From positions 1-64,000 of the forward strand of contig JALDZX010000007.1 in the NCBI GenBank assembly GCA_022813865.1: DNA of 64,000 nt, given 5' to 3'. The notes under the pieces are model-generated. The model had not been told where the DNA came from. It did not search any database and saw only the letters and a program-made list of their open reading frames with translations. The position numbers were made by a program, and so were the translations under genes. Origin of the DNA: Xylographa opegraphella (lineage: Eukaryota). This document shows, piece by piece, positions 12,901 to 26,706 of the stretch. The stretch's first letter is position 1; every line of letters starts with the position of its first letter.

Positions 12901-14808
12901 TGGTGTCCTACTACGCCCGTCGTTGATTGCAGCTGTGACACCATTGGTCCATGGAGGTGGCGCTTGTTGTATAGGGGGAGGGCCAGAGGATGATGCACGT
13001 GGCAACCTGGAATTAGGCATTCCTGGTGACTGACCGTTTCCTATACTGGTATTCTGACGGCCATGGATATTTGGAGCGATTTGGGCAGTCTCCTTGGAGC
13101 TACTGAAAACTCGTCTAGGTCCATCCGGAGTGACCGACGCATCCCGAGGAAACGTACCTTTACTTGGTGGTAAACCACTTTTGTCTCCACTTGGCCGACG
13201 GGTTCCAGGCACTCTCTCGCCCGACGGAGTTTGCTGAATTTGCTGATCATCAGGATAGCGAATTTTTGCAGTGTCTAGTACATATACCAGGCTCAATTCG
13301 CTAGAATCCGAAGGGGCGGAACTTGGTTCTCCAGCGAGTACAACTATTTGCTGTCCGTATGCGGTCATGCTATGCCCTGATCGTGGTGAGGGTGAAAGCC
13401 CCATCTTCTGAAAGGTGTACCATCGTCTGGATGTAATGCGGAAAGCAGCTAGATCTCCTAGGTCTTTACCATCTTGTGTACGACCTCCGAAGATATACAT
13501 TACATCATTAACTAGTGCTGCAGAATGCCCTTCGCGAGGTTGCGGAATGAAACCAATGCAATCAAGTTGAGTCCAGCAATTAGATCGCGGGTCGTAAGTC
13601 CAAACATCGTTGAACCATTGAAGACCGTCCGTGCCACCGAACCTATATCCACATCAGTAAGTTATAAAACATTAGGAAGAAGTGGCACGAACAAATAAAG
13701 TTTATCATTCCAGGTTACCACCGTGTGATTTGTTCTACCAAGTGGTACCTGGCCCTGAGGATCCAAATCACCAGTGTCTTGGATAAGCATTTCCCAGCGA
13801 TTGGTTGGGTCCTGCAGCGCATTGAGATCAAATGCGATTAGGTCATTGAAAAAGTGTCCATCAACCTGACCGCCGAAAACGAATATCTTCGAGCCTAGGA
13901 TGTTCAAGGTATGGCCATATCTACCAGCCGGTCTTAGGCCTGGCGGTTCTGCTCTGGACCATTGCCTAGTTGCTGCAGCTAATCAGTTTCTTCACCTCGT
14001 GGGGACAATTGAATACCTTATCCTTACACGTATTGAGGAGATATAGCGTCTCATCTAGTGGATCTGTGTCATCCTGTTTGGTATCTCCACCAAACACAAT
14101 GAAAGCATTTCCCACAAGTAAGCTGGCGTGCCCAACACGAGGTCCTGGCCCTTCTGACTTGGTTCCGATTGGATAACATGCTAAGTTTCCCCCACCAGCT
14201 TCGATCATCCATAGATCTCCCTTAACTGTAGAACCATTTACAAGACCTCCCATAACATAAATATCACCTTCCTTGGAGGATACGGAATTAACGGCTGCGC
14301 CATAGCGAGGAAAGGGATTAGGTTGTGATGTAGTGAAAGTTAAACGTCGCCGTGACCACGGATATGGGTTTGCATTTGGTGGTCCGCTGTTTGAGGGAGC
14401 ATGCCCATTAGGTCCTGGTCTGGATGACATGAACTAAATAACGAAGAATCATCGTTAGTATACCAGGGTAAGCAAGCGAGACGCAGATAAGACAAAGATA
14501 ACCAGTCGAGGTATTGGGTGCAAGGAACAAAGCACAGAGCAACGTACCGCGCCATCCTGGTCTTGACTTCTGCGAGTCCCGGTGCCGTGCTCCGGACTAG
14601 GAGTTGGAGCTGCTCCTAATGAGTTCAACGAATTGTTCACGCTGCTGCCCGGTGTATTTTCCTGCACCCCAGGTGGCTTCTCCTTCTCTTTCAGTCCGTT
14701 GACAGTAGGTATCGACGCACTGGAGCCGCTAGATGGATGAATTTCGCGCCCTCCAGAAGTGGCGGCTTGCGATGATCCCTTCTTTTTGCCAAACCCGAGG
14801 AAAGACAT
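10000..14808 (-). CDS. KEL1: Kelch-repeat / coiled-coil cell-polarity protein (Kel1/Tea1/TeaA family)
   Basis: Kelch repeats (FPRYGAAVN..IYVMGG, GPRVGHASLLVGNAFIVFGG, IFVFGG, MYIFGG, PSPRSGHSMT) followed by a long coiled-coil region and C-terminal LDSLASELETLRTQWE. Confidence 0.92.
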
Positions 14809-15793
14809 TGTAGATGTGACTTTTATGCTGGCGAGCTACCGCCAACAATGCGCTACTCTCAAGAAGAAGGCTCAGTCCTAATTCCACCAGCTATGACTGA
14901 TAATATTCACCAGTCGGTCTGGCACGGCATAAAGCGACCAGACCGTCAGAGGCGATTGAAGTGAAGATGCCTGCTAGCTTCTGTACATGACCGCACCGCT
15001 GAAGTTCAGTCATCCAAAGCGATGCGATATCAACAATATATCGGCGACTAGAACTTCGACTGGAACGTTCGGGAACGCAAGCAAACAACGAGGTTTGTCG
15101 CGCAATGTGTGAAGAGGCTGGGCCCAGGAACTGAGGTTCTGCGGTCTAAAATTTAGCTACGCTGGCACATCGAGATCTGCGCAATCCCGTACCTGGCTCG
15201 AAGAGCGCCGCTCTAGCCAAGCAGATGTACGACCTTTGTCAAAGCACTGGGGAGGGGAAGAGTAAATAGTACTTGATGATGAACGATTGCAACGACAAGA
15301 GCAATTGAGCAAACAACAACGATAACTTGATCAACTGTGAACTCCCGACTCTTGATTGACGGGCTGGAAGTCTTTCCCACTTTTTTGAAACGACTAGCTC
15401 CAGGGGGGTCAGACCAAGGTCGTGGTCGAATTTATTGTCCGCTATGACTATCCTATTCTAAGCTTCGCGTGAGCCGGTTGCATGTTGTGCCGGACCGGCT
15501 TACTGCGCAAGGGTGCCCCACATTATTGTACAGAAGCTTCAGCTGTTGAGCCTCCATCGCCGAACGCGACAGGAACATGAAGCAGCACCATGCCCTGTTC
15601 CAGGCAATAGCGAGATTTCGGCCATAGACCCTACGACGGAAGACTGCTCGTCTGTTTCTTGACTTGAGCTTCAACACATTCGGAAGACCTTCGTCTAGGA
15701 GGCTGTAAACAAACAATGTCTCGTGAGTTCGGACAAGGACCTGAACGCACTGCAGCTGACAGCTGCATTCTTGCTAACCAACGACTAGAGACC

Positions 15794-18700
15794 ATGGCCG
15801 TTGCAACCCAGCGGCCTCGGCAGCAACTCCTTAGGGCTGCTACAGACTTCGGTCCCCGCAAGGCTTCACCTTCGAGAGCGTCGAATGATGAAGACTGGGA
15901 ACTACGTCACGGCTGGGAGGAGCAGTACAACTCAGAAGAATACCTTACCATACTGAACTCGGTATTCACCTTTGCACTTGCTACTCCAAGTTTGATTACT
16001 AATCGCCCAACCAGGAATTCTACATGTACTACACTGACAAACGACATGAGTCGGGTGGTAAACCGAAGCTAGAAGACCTCACAAAGCAGTTTGAAGAATG
16101 GCGGAACAGGGATCGTGTCAAAACGGTCTTTGCTGGCTTGATGTTATGTCTTAATCTCGGGGTCGATCCGCCTGATGTTGTCAAAACCAACCCAACGGCA
16201 ACACTCGAGTGCTGGATTGACCCAGCTGCTCCGTCGTCCGCGAGTACTAAAGTGATGGAATCGATCGGTAAAGCTCTCATGACTCAGTACGAAACGTTAA
16301 GCATACGTACGCGATATAAACAATTCCTTGACCCTTCTCATGATGAGACAAAGCGTTGTTGCATTACCTTGCGACGCAACTCAAGAGACGAGCGAGTACT
16401 CTTTCACTACAACGGGCACGGTGTGCCTTTGCCAACGTCTTCTGGGGAGATATGGTATTTCAACAGAAATTATACACAATATATCCCTGTTTCACTATAT
16501 GACCTGCAGCAATGGCTGGCCGGGCCGACTATCTACGTCCTTGATGTCTCTCATGCTGGAAACGTGATTGCTAACTTCGGGAAATTCATCGAGAAGCATG
16601 AGCAGGAAAACAAGGAGATCTTAGTGAAAGAACCAGATGCCGCAGTCCAGTCATATAGCGATAATATCTTGCTGGCAGCTTGCGGAAAGGCAGAAACACT
16701 GCCAACGAATCCAGATCTTCCTGCGGATCTTTTCACGTCATGTCTTACAACCCCCGTTGCGATCTCGTTGAGATGTTTCGTCCTGAATAGTCAAGTTCCG
16801 ATGGATGTGACCCTCAAGGATTTAGAGAAAGTGCCCGGGCGTTCGCAAGAAAGGAGAACACCTTTAGGAGAACTGAATTGGATTTTCACTGCCATAACAG
16901 ATACGATTGCATGGGGCTCCTTGTCCCGCAAAGACTTCCGCAAACTGTTCCGACAAGATCTTATGGTCGCTGCACTTTTCCGCAACTATCTGCTTGCGGA
17001 GCGATTGATGAAAGCCAACAACTGCCATCCAGAGACCCGGCCTGAGCTACCGTCCACGCACAATCATCCGTTATGGCAATCATGGGATCTTGCTGTAGAG
17101 ATGGTGCTTGCGCAGCTTCCGGCAATGATAGCAAGCGAAGCAGGTGGTCTGCACTACGAGTACCAGCATTCAAGCTTCTTTGCAGAACAACTGACAGCTT
17201 TCGAGGTCTATCTGTCTCAAGGAGCCCCCGAACGTAAAGCACCTGACCAACTGCCAATAGTTCTGCAGGTCCTGCTTAGCCAGGTCCATAGACTCCGTGC
17301 ATTGATTTTACTCAGTAGATTCCTTGATCTCGGACCGTGGGCGGTTCATTTGGCACTGAGTATTGGGATTTTCCCTTACGTCTTGAAACTTCTACAGTCG
17401 GCAGCCCACGAACTCAAGCCTGTCATGATTTTCATTTGGGCTCGTATATTGGCCTTCGACCAATCCACACAATCAGAACTCCTGAAGGACAATGGCTACA
17501 AATACTTCCTTACTGCCCTGAAACCCGACGCTGGTTTACCTGTCGGCAATCAAAGTGAGCACCGAGCAATGTCAGCGTTCATCATCGCGATGTTCTGCAA
17601 AGATTTCCACCAGGGTCAGGTTGTTTCGCTATCCCCCGAGCTTTTCCAGGCTTGTCTTGATCACATGTATGATCCAGAGAATCCTCTATTGCGTCAATGG
17701 TCTTGTCTTTGTATTAGCATGCTTTGGAAGGACTTCCCTGAGGCAAAATGGGCTGGAATACGCGCAAATGTACACCAACGCCTCTGTCAAATGGTTCTGG
17801 ATCCTGTACCAGAGGTCCGAGCTGCTGCACTTCACGCTCTGAAAAACTTCCTTGGAATTCCTGATTTGACTGAACAAGTGGCACAAACCGAACAAGCTAT
17901 CGCAGCGACTGTTATGATCATGACATCAGATGGTAATAGTATGGTACGTGGCGAGCTGGTGGTGTTCTTTTCTTATTTTGTCAAGAGATACGAGAACAAA
18001 TTTATCGTTGCCGCATACGAGGAGCTTGTCGATGAGAAATATCGCCTGCAATGTCTTGCACTTCAAAGTGACGACAAAAAATCTGTCGCCTCTCAGTCCC
18101 ATGCAAATCTGTTGGAGAGTGCGGAGTATAGATCCAATGTTTCTGAAAGTGGTGCGCAGAAAACGAGAGAGCACATCTCGAGGCATAGCATTCATGCCTC
18201 TATATGGAAACACATACTTATTATGTCAATCGATCCCCATCCCGAGGTTGCTCACAAAGCCATTCTCGTCACAGATTACATCCATGGGAAACTTCTCACT
18301 TCGGCACTCGGAACTCATGCACAGACACTCATGGACGATCTAATCATTTTGGGCAGACGCCCAGCCCTCTCGCGACAGCCATCTTTGACTCCTCTTCCCA
18401 GGCTTGGAGAGGTTCCAATTGTACCAAGTACTCCGTACGACAAGAAGAATGATGGCTACCTGGCCGCTGGTCTAAAGCGTACTGCTACCTCGTTTGTGGC
18501 CCTGAAAAATATTGCCTTCGGCAGCTCTGCTACAGGCAATAGTACGCCCCCGACGAGCTCTTCTTCGTCGACATTACATCCGCATCAATCACAAATTCAA
18601 CCTAGTGCTGTCCGAGTACGTGTTCCAGACGAATGGAGTCGGCCCCCAGATGCTCATGACCATACTTTGAACTCTGTCCCGTATGAGCCTGCTGCACGTC

Positions 18701-20151
18701 CTATGCCAAGGGATTACCGGCCGGACACAGAAAGCGACAGTACCACTCTTCCCTTGAAAAGCGGGTTTTATGATTGGTCTATCGAGGTATTAGCTGCCAT
18801 ACAACCGACGACGTCTGCGATAGTCTCCTAATGTGATGCAGTATTTCCGCGAACCGCAGATGAAGACTGATGAGCCTGATGAGCCAGGAAGTGACGACTA
18901 CAACTCCAGGTTATGGCGACGAATGCGAAATGAGAAAACTCTCAATAGAACTCAACCACTCAAAGCGCTTGCGGGAACCAGTCGTTGGGATGTTCCTTCA
19001 GGATCCATAATCAACAAAAGTCAACCGATCAAAATGTGCTTCCATCAATTTGAAGATCATCTCGCTGTTGCGGATGACCGGGACAGCATCAGGTAAACTC
19101 AATCCATTGTATTTGATACTCACATTTAATCTCTACTAGCGTCTGGGATTGGCAGCAAAGAACACTTCTCAATCGCTTTTCTAACGGTAATCCAATCGGC
19201 TCAAAGATCACGGAAACACGATTTGTGAACGAGGATGATCAAGCATTACTCATTACTGGCGCAAGTGACGGAGTGGTCAAGATTTTCAGAGACTATGATA
19301 TGAAGGAAAAGATAGAGCTCGTCGCGGCTTATCGTGGGCTTACTGATCTAGTTCCAAGTAACAAGAATGTCGGTATGGTCTTCGAATGGCAACAGGGCCA
19401 AGGTAAACTGCTCGTTGCAGGCGATGTGAAAGTAATCAGGATATGGAATGCGGCTACCGAGATTTGTACCAATGTATGTCGTGCTTCACAATACTGCCAG
19501 CCGCAATCATTTGACACTTTTCAGGAAATCCCTGCGCGCTCAGGCTCTTGTATTACGTCTTTGACATCCGATCAGGTTGCGGGCAATGTGTTTGTCGCCG
19601 GCTATGGCGATGGAGCTCTCCGGGTATTCGATCAACGTGAAAAGCCGGCGACCGCAATGAAGCAAGCATGGCGCAGTCATAAGCAATGGATCACGAATGT
19701 GCATATGCAGCGGGGTGGTATGAGAGAGCTAATCAGTGGTAGTCGCAATGGGGAAATCAAGCTCTGGGATATCCGTATGAAGGAGGAGATTCGAACTATT
19801 ACCGCCACACGCAACACCCTGCGTACATTGAGTGTCCACGAACACGCTCCTGTATTTGTTACGTAAGTAACGACATGTCCACAGCTTCAAATCTGCGACT
19901 GATAACAATTTAGGGGTTCGGATAAGCACGACATCAAGTTCTTCAACGTCAATGGTGCTTTTCTTAACAGCGTCGTACCGAATACTAAAGTCTTCCCAAC
20001 GCTTAACCGGACCAATCCGATTGCAGCGACTGCCTTCCATCCACATCGTATGATGCTTGCGTGTTCCTCGCTTCACGACGATCACATCAGTCTCTTTACA
20101 TGTCATGACAGAAGAAAGCCCGATAGAAGGAGCGTTGTTCAGGAAGTCTGA
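15794..20151 (+). CDS. KOG1: Raptor/Kog1/Mip1, TORC1 scaffold subunit
   Basis: RNC domain (CLNLGVDPPDVVKT, RVLFHYNGHGVP, PADLFTSCLTTP, LFRQDL), HEAT repeats (LPIVLQVLLSQVHRLRAL) and C-terminal WD40s ending in TGA at 20149-20151. The start is uncertain because an upstream intron (about 15723-15788) implies a further 5' exon. Confidence 0.96.
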
Positions 20152-20552
20152 GCTTGCGTAAAATTTGCTTTGGGGTGGCGTACTATACCCTGCATGAGAT
20201 TGGCGTTCTCTACAGTGAGTTGAAGCTATTGGTCTTGCTACAATAATGATAGCAGCCGAAGCAGAAAAAAGACTTCAACATCAAATAGACTGTCTCAGTG
20301 ATCGTGGGGTTACGGTAGCCGCGTCTCTGTAACTAATAAATAATCGTAAATAACCACGAAGTCGAGTCTTTAAGTAGATCAGGTGCATGACCCGTCGTGC
20401 CAAATGGTCTGATCATAGCACGAGGCTCAACCCCAGAACTCGCTAAAATGGATTGAGCAGCCTTATGTGTATATTGTGTCATACATAATGTAGTGGCCTA
20501 TCTCAGTTTACAACTTCATTCCTGACACTCCAGTTACCCTACACTTCTCAAA

Positions 20553-22326
20553 ATGGCTTCCTCGGAAGATCAGTCTTTACCAGAAAGGCCAAAAGGTGAG
20601 GAGACTGGCGCTCCTTCCAAGAACGCTTTGAAGAAAGCCGCGAAGGACAAAGAAAAAGCAGAAAAAGCAGCCAAACGGCAAGAGCAAGAACGATTGGAAA
20701 AGGAAAAGGTGGAAGCAAGTGACACTTCGAAACACCTTTACGGAAAGCTCGCGGAAGGTATACGCGACTCCTGCAAGCAAAAGGCCTCCGCCATTACAAC
20801 ACTTCGAGACTTGAATGAGGGGCTCGAGAACAAAGAGGTAACGGTACGGGCTCGCGTACACAACGCGCGAGTACAGTCCGCGAAGCTAGCATTCTTGGAT
20901 CTCAGGCAACGAACAGAGAATATACAGGCTGTGATTGCGGAGGGTGGGGAGAATGGCATATCGAGGCAAATGGTCAAGTGGTGCGGCGGACTAAACAAAG
21001 AATCAATTGTGCTTGTTACAGGCCTCGTGAAAAAGCCCAAGGAACCTATAAACTCGGCTACAATTTCGAACCTAGAACTTCATGTCGAGAGTTGCTTCGT
21101 TGTCTCTGAAGGGCCCGTACAATTGCCCATGCAGGTCAAGGATGCCATGCATCCCCCACCTGTGGGAGACGAAGCGGAGACGGAGGACCAGGTGGACAGT
21201 CAAGGTGTTCCGGTCGTCTCATTGAACGTCCGGCTTAACAACCGGGTTCTGAGCCTTCGCACACCTACCGACCAAGCGATTTTTCAGATTAATGGGGCGA
21301 TCTGTGAGCTTTTCCGCGAGCATCTGCTAAAGCAGCAGTTTCAAGAGCTCCAGACACCCAAGATCGCGGGCGCCGCGACCGAAGGTGGCAGCGGCGTCTT
21401 CGAGATCAATTACTTCAATAGCCCAGCGTTCTTGACACAGAGCCCTCAGTTCTACAAGCAAATGGCTATTGCCGGAGACATGGAGAGAGTCTTCGAAATT
21501 GGGCCCGTCTTCAGAGCCGAGAACAGCAACACCGCACGTCATCTTACAGAGGTATATCATATGGTCCTTCATGCTTCTGACAAAATGTTTGACTGATCAA
21601 CAGTTCACCGGCCTGGACTTCGAAATGGAGATTCACAACACGTGGGAAGAGATCATCGACTTCGCTGAAAGCCTCCTCATCTTTATCTTCAACGGCCTGC
21701 GAGAACGCTGTAAGTACTGGATGGAAGTCATCCAGCGCGAATACCCTGAGGCCGGCAACTTCAAGATCCCCGAAGGCCGCGCACCACGCATACGCTTCGC
21801 GGATGGCATCAAGATGCTCAACGAAGCCGGCATTGACGCATCGCCCGATGAAGACATTAGGTACTCAGCTCGGTCATCCATCGTGTAAATCAAACACTAA
21901 CCCCCATATTCCAGCACCACTAATGAAAAAACCCTCGGCCGCCTCATCCTCCAAAAGTACCACACGGACTTCTACTTCCTGACGCACTACCCCGCCGCCG
22001 CCCGCCCCTTCTACACCCACCTCGACCCCAGCAATGCCTCCCTCACACACTCCTACGACGCCTTCATGCGTGGCCAGGAGATCGTATCCGGCGCCCAGCG
22101 TATCCACGACCCAGCCATGCTGACGCAGCGGATGCGGAACATGGAGCCGCCGCTGGATCCGGACAGTGAAGGCTTTAAGCATTACGTCAATGCATTCCGC
22201 ATGGGGTGCGCGCCGCACGGAGGCGGGGGCTTTGGGCTCAATCGTATCACGATGCTGTGGTTGGGTTTGGGTAACATCAGGCAGGCGACTCTGTTCCCGA
22301 GAGATCCGGGGAGGAAGGCGCCTTGA
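20553..22326 (+). CDS. DPS1: Aspartyl-tRNA synthetase, cytosolic type (class IIb)
   Basis: Lys-rich N-terminal helix, OB-fold (RARVHNARVQSAKLAFLDLRQ), EGGSGVF, QSPQFYKQ, VFRAENSNTARHLTE|FTGLD, RGQEIVSGAQRIHD, PHGGGGFGLNR and LFPRDP. Two introns. Confidence 0.93.
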
Positions 22327-22586
22327 AAAGGGGAAGGGGAGGAATAGAAAGGGCTGGGATGATGATGTGGCTTATGTGGTTTCTCGAACGGCAGAAGTGT
22401 AGTTCAGCTGCAAGATCTTATTCATGTTCTTATGTCTTCAACTGGAAACTTCCACTAGCGAAGATGAATGAATATGAGAAGTCTTGTATTTACTAGCTTT
22501 AGCTATGCCGTAAAAGTCGGCCTGCCGAGAGTCCTCGGTTACTGGCGGGATCTCCATATGCAATCATACGCCAATGGCCTCGGGGA

Positions 22587-24181
22587 CTATTCGCCCCAAA
22601 CCGTTCTTGCGTTCAAGAGGTCCTTTTGCCCGTAGAATTCTCCCACGATAGTGACAATCATGTCTAGGGTAGCTAAAGCTTTAGCTTCGACGTCTGAACC
22701 CTTATCATTACTATTGTCTTCCAACGCATGGTCCGCTCCATGCGCTGTAGCGGATGGAGCAGGTGAGCGAACTTGTGCGAGAAGTAATTCTTTCGCAAGA
22801 GATAGTGAGTCCTTGACGTGCTCGTACTGGGCGAGAGCATCGAAGCTGCGTGAATTATGCGCTGCGTTGCTGATGACTTCCTTGCCAGGTGCAGTTTCCA
22901 TGGAAGTATCATGTTCCGGCCAGCGTTCTACCGCTTGGGCATTTTGCTCTTCACTTTCCATGACCGAGACATCTCCGTTTCTGTTGTCCTCGCTCGCTTT
23001 GGTGGGCTCGGCAACGTTTTCGGTTTCGTCCACCTCTCCTTCCTCAATCTCCTCCTCAATCTCGCCATTTCGGACTTCATGTTCTTCGAGTTTCTCTGCA
23101 CCAGTTACCACTTCTGGAGGTACCTCTTCGGACTCCTCATCGTCGCCTTCATCGTCATTGTCTCCAGCTGCATCAGCCTCAGTATTCCAACGAACCCCGA
23201 GACCTCCGTGTTTCTGCATCTTCAACTTTTTCCCCATCCTCAGCGCTGTCTTGCCTAGTGTTCTCAGAACCCCAACCTCCTCGCTTCCCATCTCGCCGAT
23301 TTCTCTGCATCTCCCAAGTAGACCCCAACACCACGCACCTATCTGATTGCCTTGTATCTCCGATAATAAGTCTTTCTTTGGTAGAAGTGTCTCCAGTCTG
23401 CTCAGACCTCGGACGACTCCATCTTGATGCATCGACGCTAGAAGTCGCATCGAAGGCGTAGTATGCAAGATTTGATACCTCCATTCTCGGTGTGTAGCAT
23501 TATGGAGGAAAGCCGCCTGGGTTGAGGCAGATAAGTTATCATTGTGTGGTTTATCAAGACTCGGGGCGGGTGGAGAGGAGTGCAGAATCAGGCGAATCTC
23601 ACGGAATCGGTTACTCAAAGACGCATAGTATGCTTCTTGCGGGTCTATGTCCTCGTCTTCTTCGTTGACATAGTCTCGTACCATAGAAGTGGAGCTCAGG
23701 TCAGGTAGAGCCGTATAGGCCCCATCTTCATAGTATCCGGTTTCGTAGTCCTCATAAAGGTCTCCATCTTCTGTGTCTGCCTTTTTTTCATTAAATGAAG
23801 GTGCTACTAGAAGATTTGGCACGCCTCTGGCTTCGGATCTGCAGTATAGCCAAGGTATCAGCGTTCTCTATATCTTCTGCACCAGGGCGAGAATTCTCAG
23901 CTAAGGCCCTTCGTGGATATGAATGGAAGCTTGACTTACCTAACCAGTCGTAGATACTCCATTCCGTCATTAGCGGGACCTTGGAAGAGCTCATCTTCGC
24001 CAGATGAGACGTCGAGGCCTGGAAAGGCACCGCGTTGGCCATAGGTGGGATCTACGCGTGATTGAATGTTGTAGGGTGACGTGTTGATGTCGCCATCTTC
24101 AAGATTGGAAGCAAATGCACGGGGTCGCTTATTATATGGACCTTCGGAGGTGCTTGAGGTTGTTTTGCGCTTCTTCGCCAT
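22587..24181 (-). CDS. Gemin2/SIP1 (Brr1/Yip1)-like snRNP assembly factor
   Basis: Spliced EYLRLVR|SEARGVPNLLVAP resembles the Gemin2 N-terminal EYLRRVQIEA..PDVVVA motif. The central WCWGLL and C-terminal LDMIVTIVGEFYGQKDL resemble the Gemin2 C-terminus. Long acidic insert. Confidence 0.65.
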
Positions 24182-26145
24182 AAAGCTTCAGCTGCCGATG
24201 ACGGATGTATGTATTGAGGGGCGGCGCGAATGTGGGCCTCAAGCTGATCGGACGGACTGGATGTAACCCATCAGGGGGAGATTGAAGATGTCCGGTGATT
24301 CTGGCGCTCCAAAATAGGCTTTCTGTGGAGGAACATTGCCCAGAGATTCTGCCGCTCCGAAGGACTGATATTCGGTTTCACATCTTCATCTCAGACAACA
24401 TGTAGTGCCTTATCCCCACTTAGAATTGAATCCACTACAAACCAGTCTACTTTATATCATCAGGATAATCAGGTAATATAGGATTTTGTGCTCGATTATC
24501 CATATATACATAAATACTACGCATATTTTACTTTCCTGTTGCCTTTATACCTTGACCACAGTCTGCCTGCGCTCCTAGAGTACACTATCATATGACCTCA
24601 ATCAGGACAGCCACTCAAAGAAGTTCAAATTCCACTCCGGGCTACAGGTCAAGTACTTTGATGTGATGGGCTATCCTCGGCTGCTTCATCATGATGGATG
24701 GACCAGAGTCGGATCAACTTTCATAATGGCTCGCGGCGGCCAAATCCCGTGCCTGTTCTTCATCTCATACTGTTCGGGGTATATTTGAAGCTGGATGCCG
24801 AATGCCATAAATTCCTCCCTGCATTTTTCGAGTTGACGTACAATCTAACAGAGCACTGGCTCTACTCCCCGAAACCATTCGAAGAAGCCATTGGGCCAAG
24901 GCTCAAATAGATACGGCCATTCCTTTGCACAACTTGACTCTGCGTTTTTCTGTGAGCTATATCGCAATTCCTTAGAACTTGCCAATTATAGACAGTCACC
25001 ATTTCAACCGACGTTTCCACGAAATGGTAGCAGGATGTTTCTCGGCGTAGCGTAGGATATCGATAATATCAACCTTAGACATCCAAGGCCTTCGAATCCG
25101 TGCACTTTGCTCATCAGGTCCATGTCTCTCGACTGCCGTACCATCCCCGTCCTCCATGCGAATACCATTAATGTTCCACGCTGATAAAGGCGGCGCTTAT
25201 GGCCGTTTGCGACTGAGATTCTAGTTTTCGTTGTACAGGGATCTAGACGAGATAAGCGGAACTCCAAAAACAACCACCACTCTTGAAGCTTCCCATAGTC
25301 CACGACCTTGATCATAAATATCAGACCGGTAATCTGTTAGCCTTGATGAGTCCTATTCTTGTGCAGCTTCTGTATCGTAGTGGCCTTCACTAAAGATAGT
25401 TCTATAGGAAATGCGGGCGAGTGGTAAGTGGGTAGGGTTAGTAAAGTCTTTCATTATAGTTTCCTCTGCCAGTTGGCCTCAGCTTGAGCTGCTCAAACCA
25501 TCAGCATATGCAGTAGCCGTCCCTTTCACGATTCAGTACTACACTGTATCCCGCTCGCCTGTATTCCCACAGATCTGCATACGTGCGGGGCTTCTGATTC
25601 GAGCCGTTCCTTGCAGTCTTTGGAGTAATGGACCTTGCGTTTCCAGTTCGTAGTAGGCTGTTATTGTATCTGTGCGGCACGTTGTCGATCAAAACGGCCC
25701 TCATGTATGCAGACTGCTATTCCACTGTTTGGTTTCATGATTCTGTTGCGTTGTGTGATGAGATCTGTCAAAAAGGGCCTCGATGCATCATGAAAAATGT
25801 ATCGATATGTTCAATGCTTCAATGAAGCCTTCTCATCAAGTCATAGGCTTCAACGTGTTTGGATCCGGCAATAAGTGGTTGGTGGCACATGACCGGACCA
25901 AGAGAAGTCGAGAGCAGCATGTATGTGACGACGCTATAGCGATGACTTTCGGTCCATATTATCGGTTCCTATGGTGGGTCGCGATGAGTCAAGATTCGGT
26001 GTATGTGCTATTGAGCGATCGTTGTAGCACTGTGTACCGTTAGCAAAAAGTACCTAGAAATAGGGCCGCTCAAACAACACACCAAGTTTTAGTGCAGGCC
26101 AGCGGTAAGCGAGTCCCAAGAATGAACAGAAATCCAAAAAAGGGC

Positions 26146-26330
26146 AAAAAACGGAAGAAGTCCGGATACGACCACGAGAAACTCTACTCCGGCTAGGAGT
26201 TGGTTTTTTGTTCCTACAAGCGACGATCTCCCCCAGCCGCACGCAGAATTAAATTCACTGGGTGAAGCGATTTACAGGGAAGTGGTTCGAACCCTGAGAC
26301 TGGCGCCTCTAACCAGCTGTGTACCCAAAC
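26146..26330 (-). ncRNA. Atypical tRNA-Leu(CAG)-like Pol III RNA gene (or tRNA pseudogene / tRNA-headed ncRNA)
   Basis: Minus strand shows an AT-rich leader ending ..TCAACTC, an A-box/D-loop-like CAGCTGGTTAGAGGCG, CCAGT-CT-CAG-G, a perfect B-box GGTTCGAACC (26293-26284) and two T6 terminators (26151-26146, 26141-26136). A partial cloverleaf can be drawn. Confidence 0.6.
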
Positions 26331-26706
26331 GAGTTGACCAACTTATCGTGCCATGAGAAATTAACATCGAATTAAAAGATATAAACTTATTATTTAACTT
26401 TTGTCTCCTTATTATCCTACCACCACACTTCGGCCTCAACTGTCTCTCATCGAGGCTACCTTGCTATATACTATGATAGCAGACCACAGGGACCTGCTGG
26501 TCAAACGATTTCCGACACTATATCGCTGCAGGCGCACAGAACTCTTCTTACACTACGTACAGCCATTATCATGCTCACATCCCCACTGCGCGGTCATTAC
26601 CCAAAGCCCAGATAGTTATCGATATGCGAATGCTCGTTACTCCACTTAACTATACATAGTACTCACGCTTCATCCAAGTGTCCGTTTAGACAACAAAATG
26701 CATTCT

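Noticed and set aside
20553..22326. ErdS-type AspRS fusion (ergosteryl-aspartate synthase)
   Set aside because: The protein ends right after LFPRDP with no C-terminal transferase domain.
24771..24785. 15-nt exact match to the foldback element arm (38916-38930)
   Set aside because: One or two 15-mer matches are expected by chance in 64 kb, and the flanks do not extend the match.
24590..25200. Degenerate gene (HET-like?) upstream of the Gemin2-like gene
   Set aside because: Only short fragmented ORFs with vague similarity; not supportable without a search.
26191..26330. Canonical functional tRNA-Leu or tRNA-Sec
   Set aside because: The D-stem pairs poorly, the T-loop consensus is absent from the T-arm position, and the TCA register has no supporting anticodon stem.
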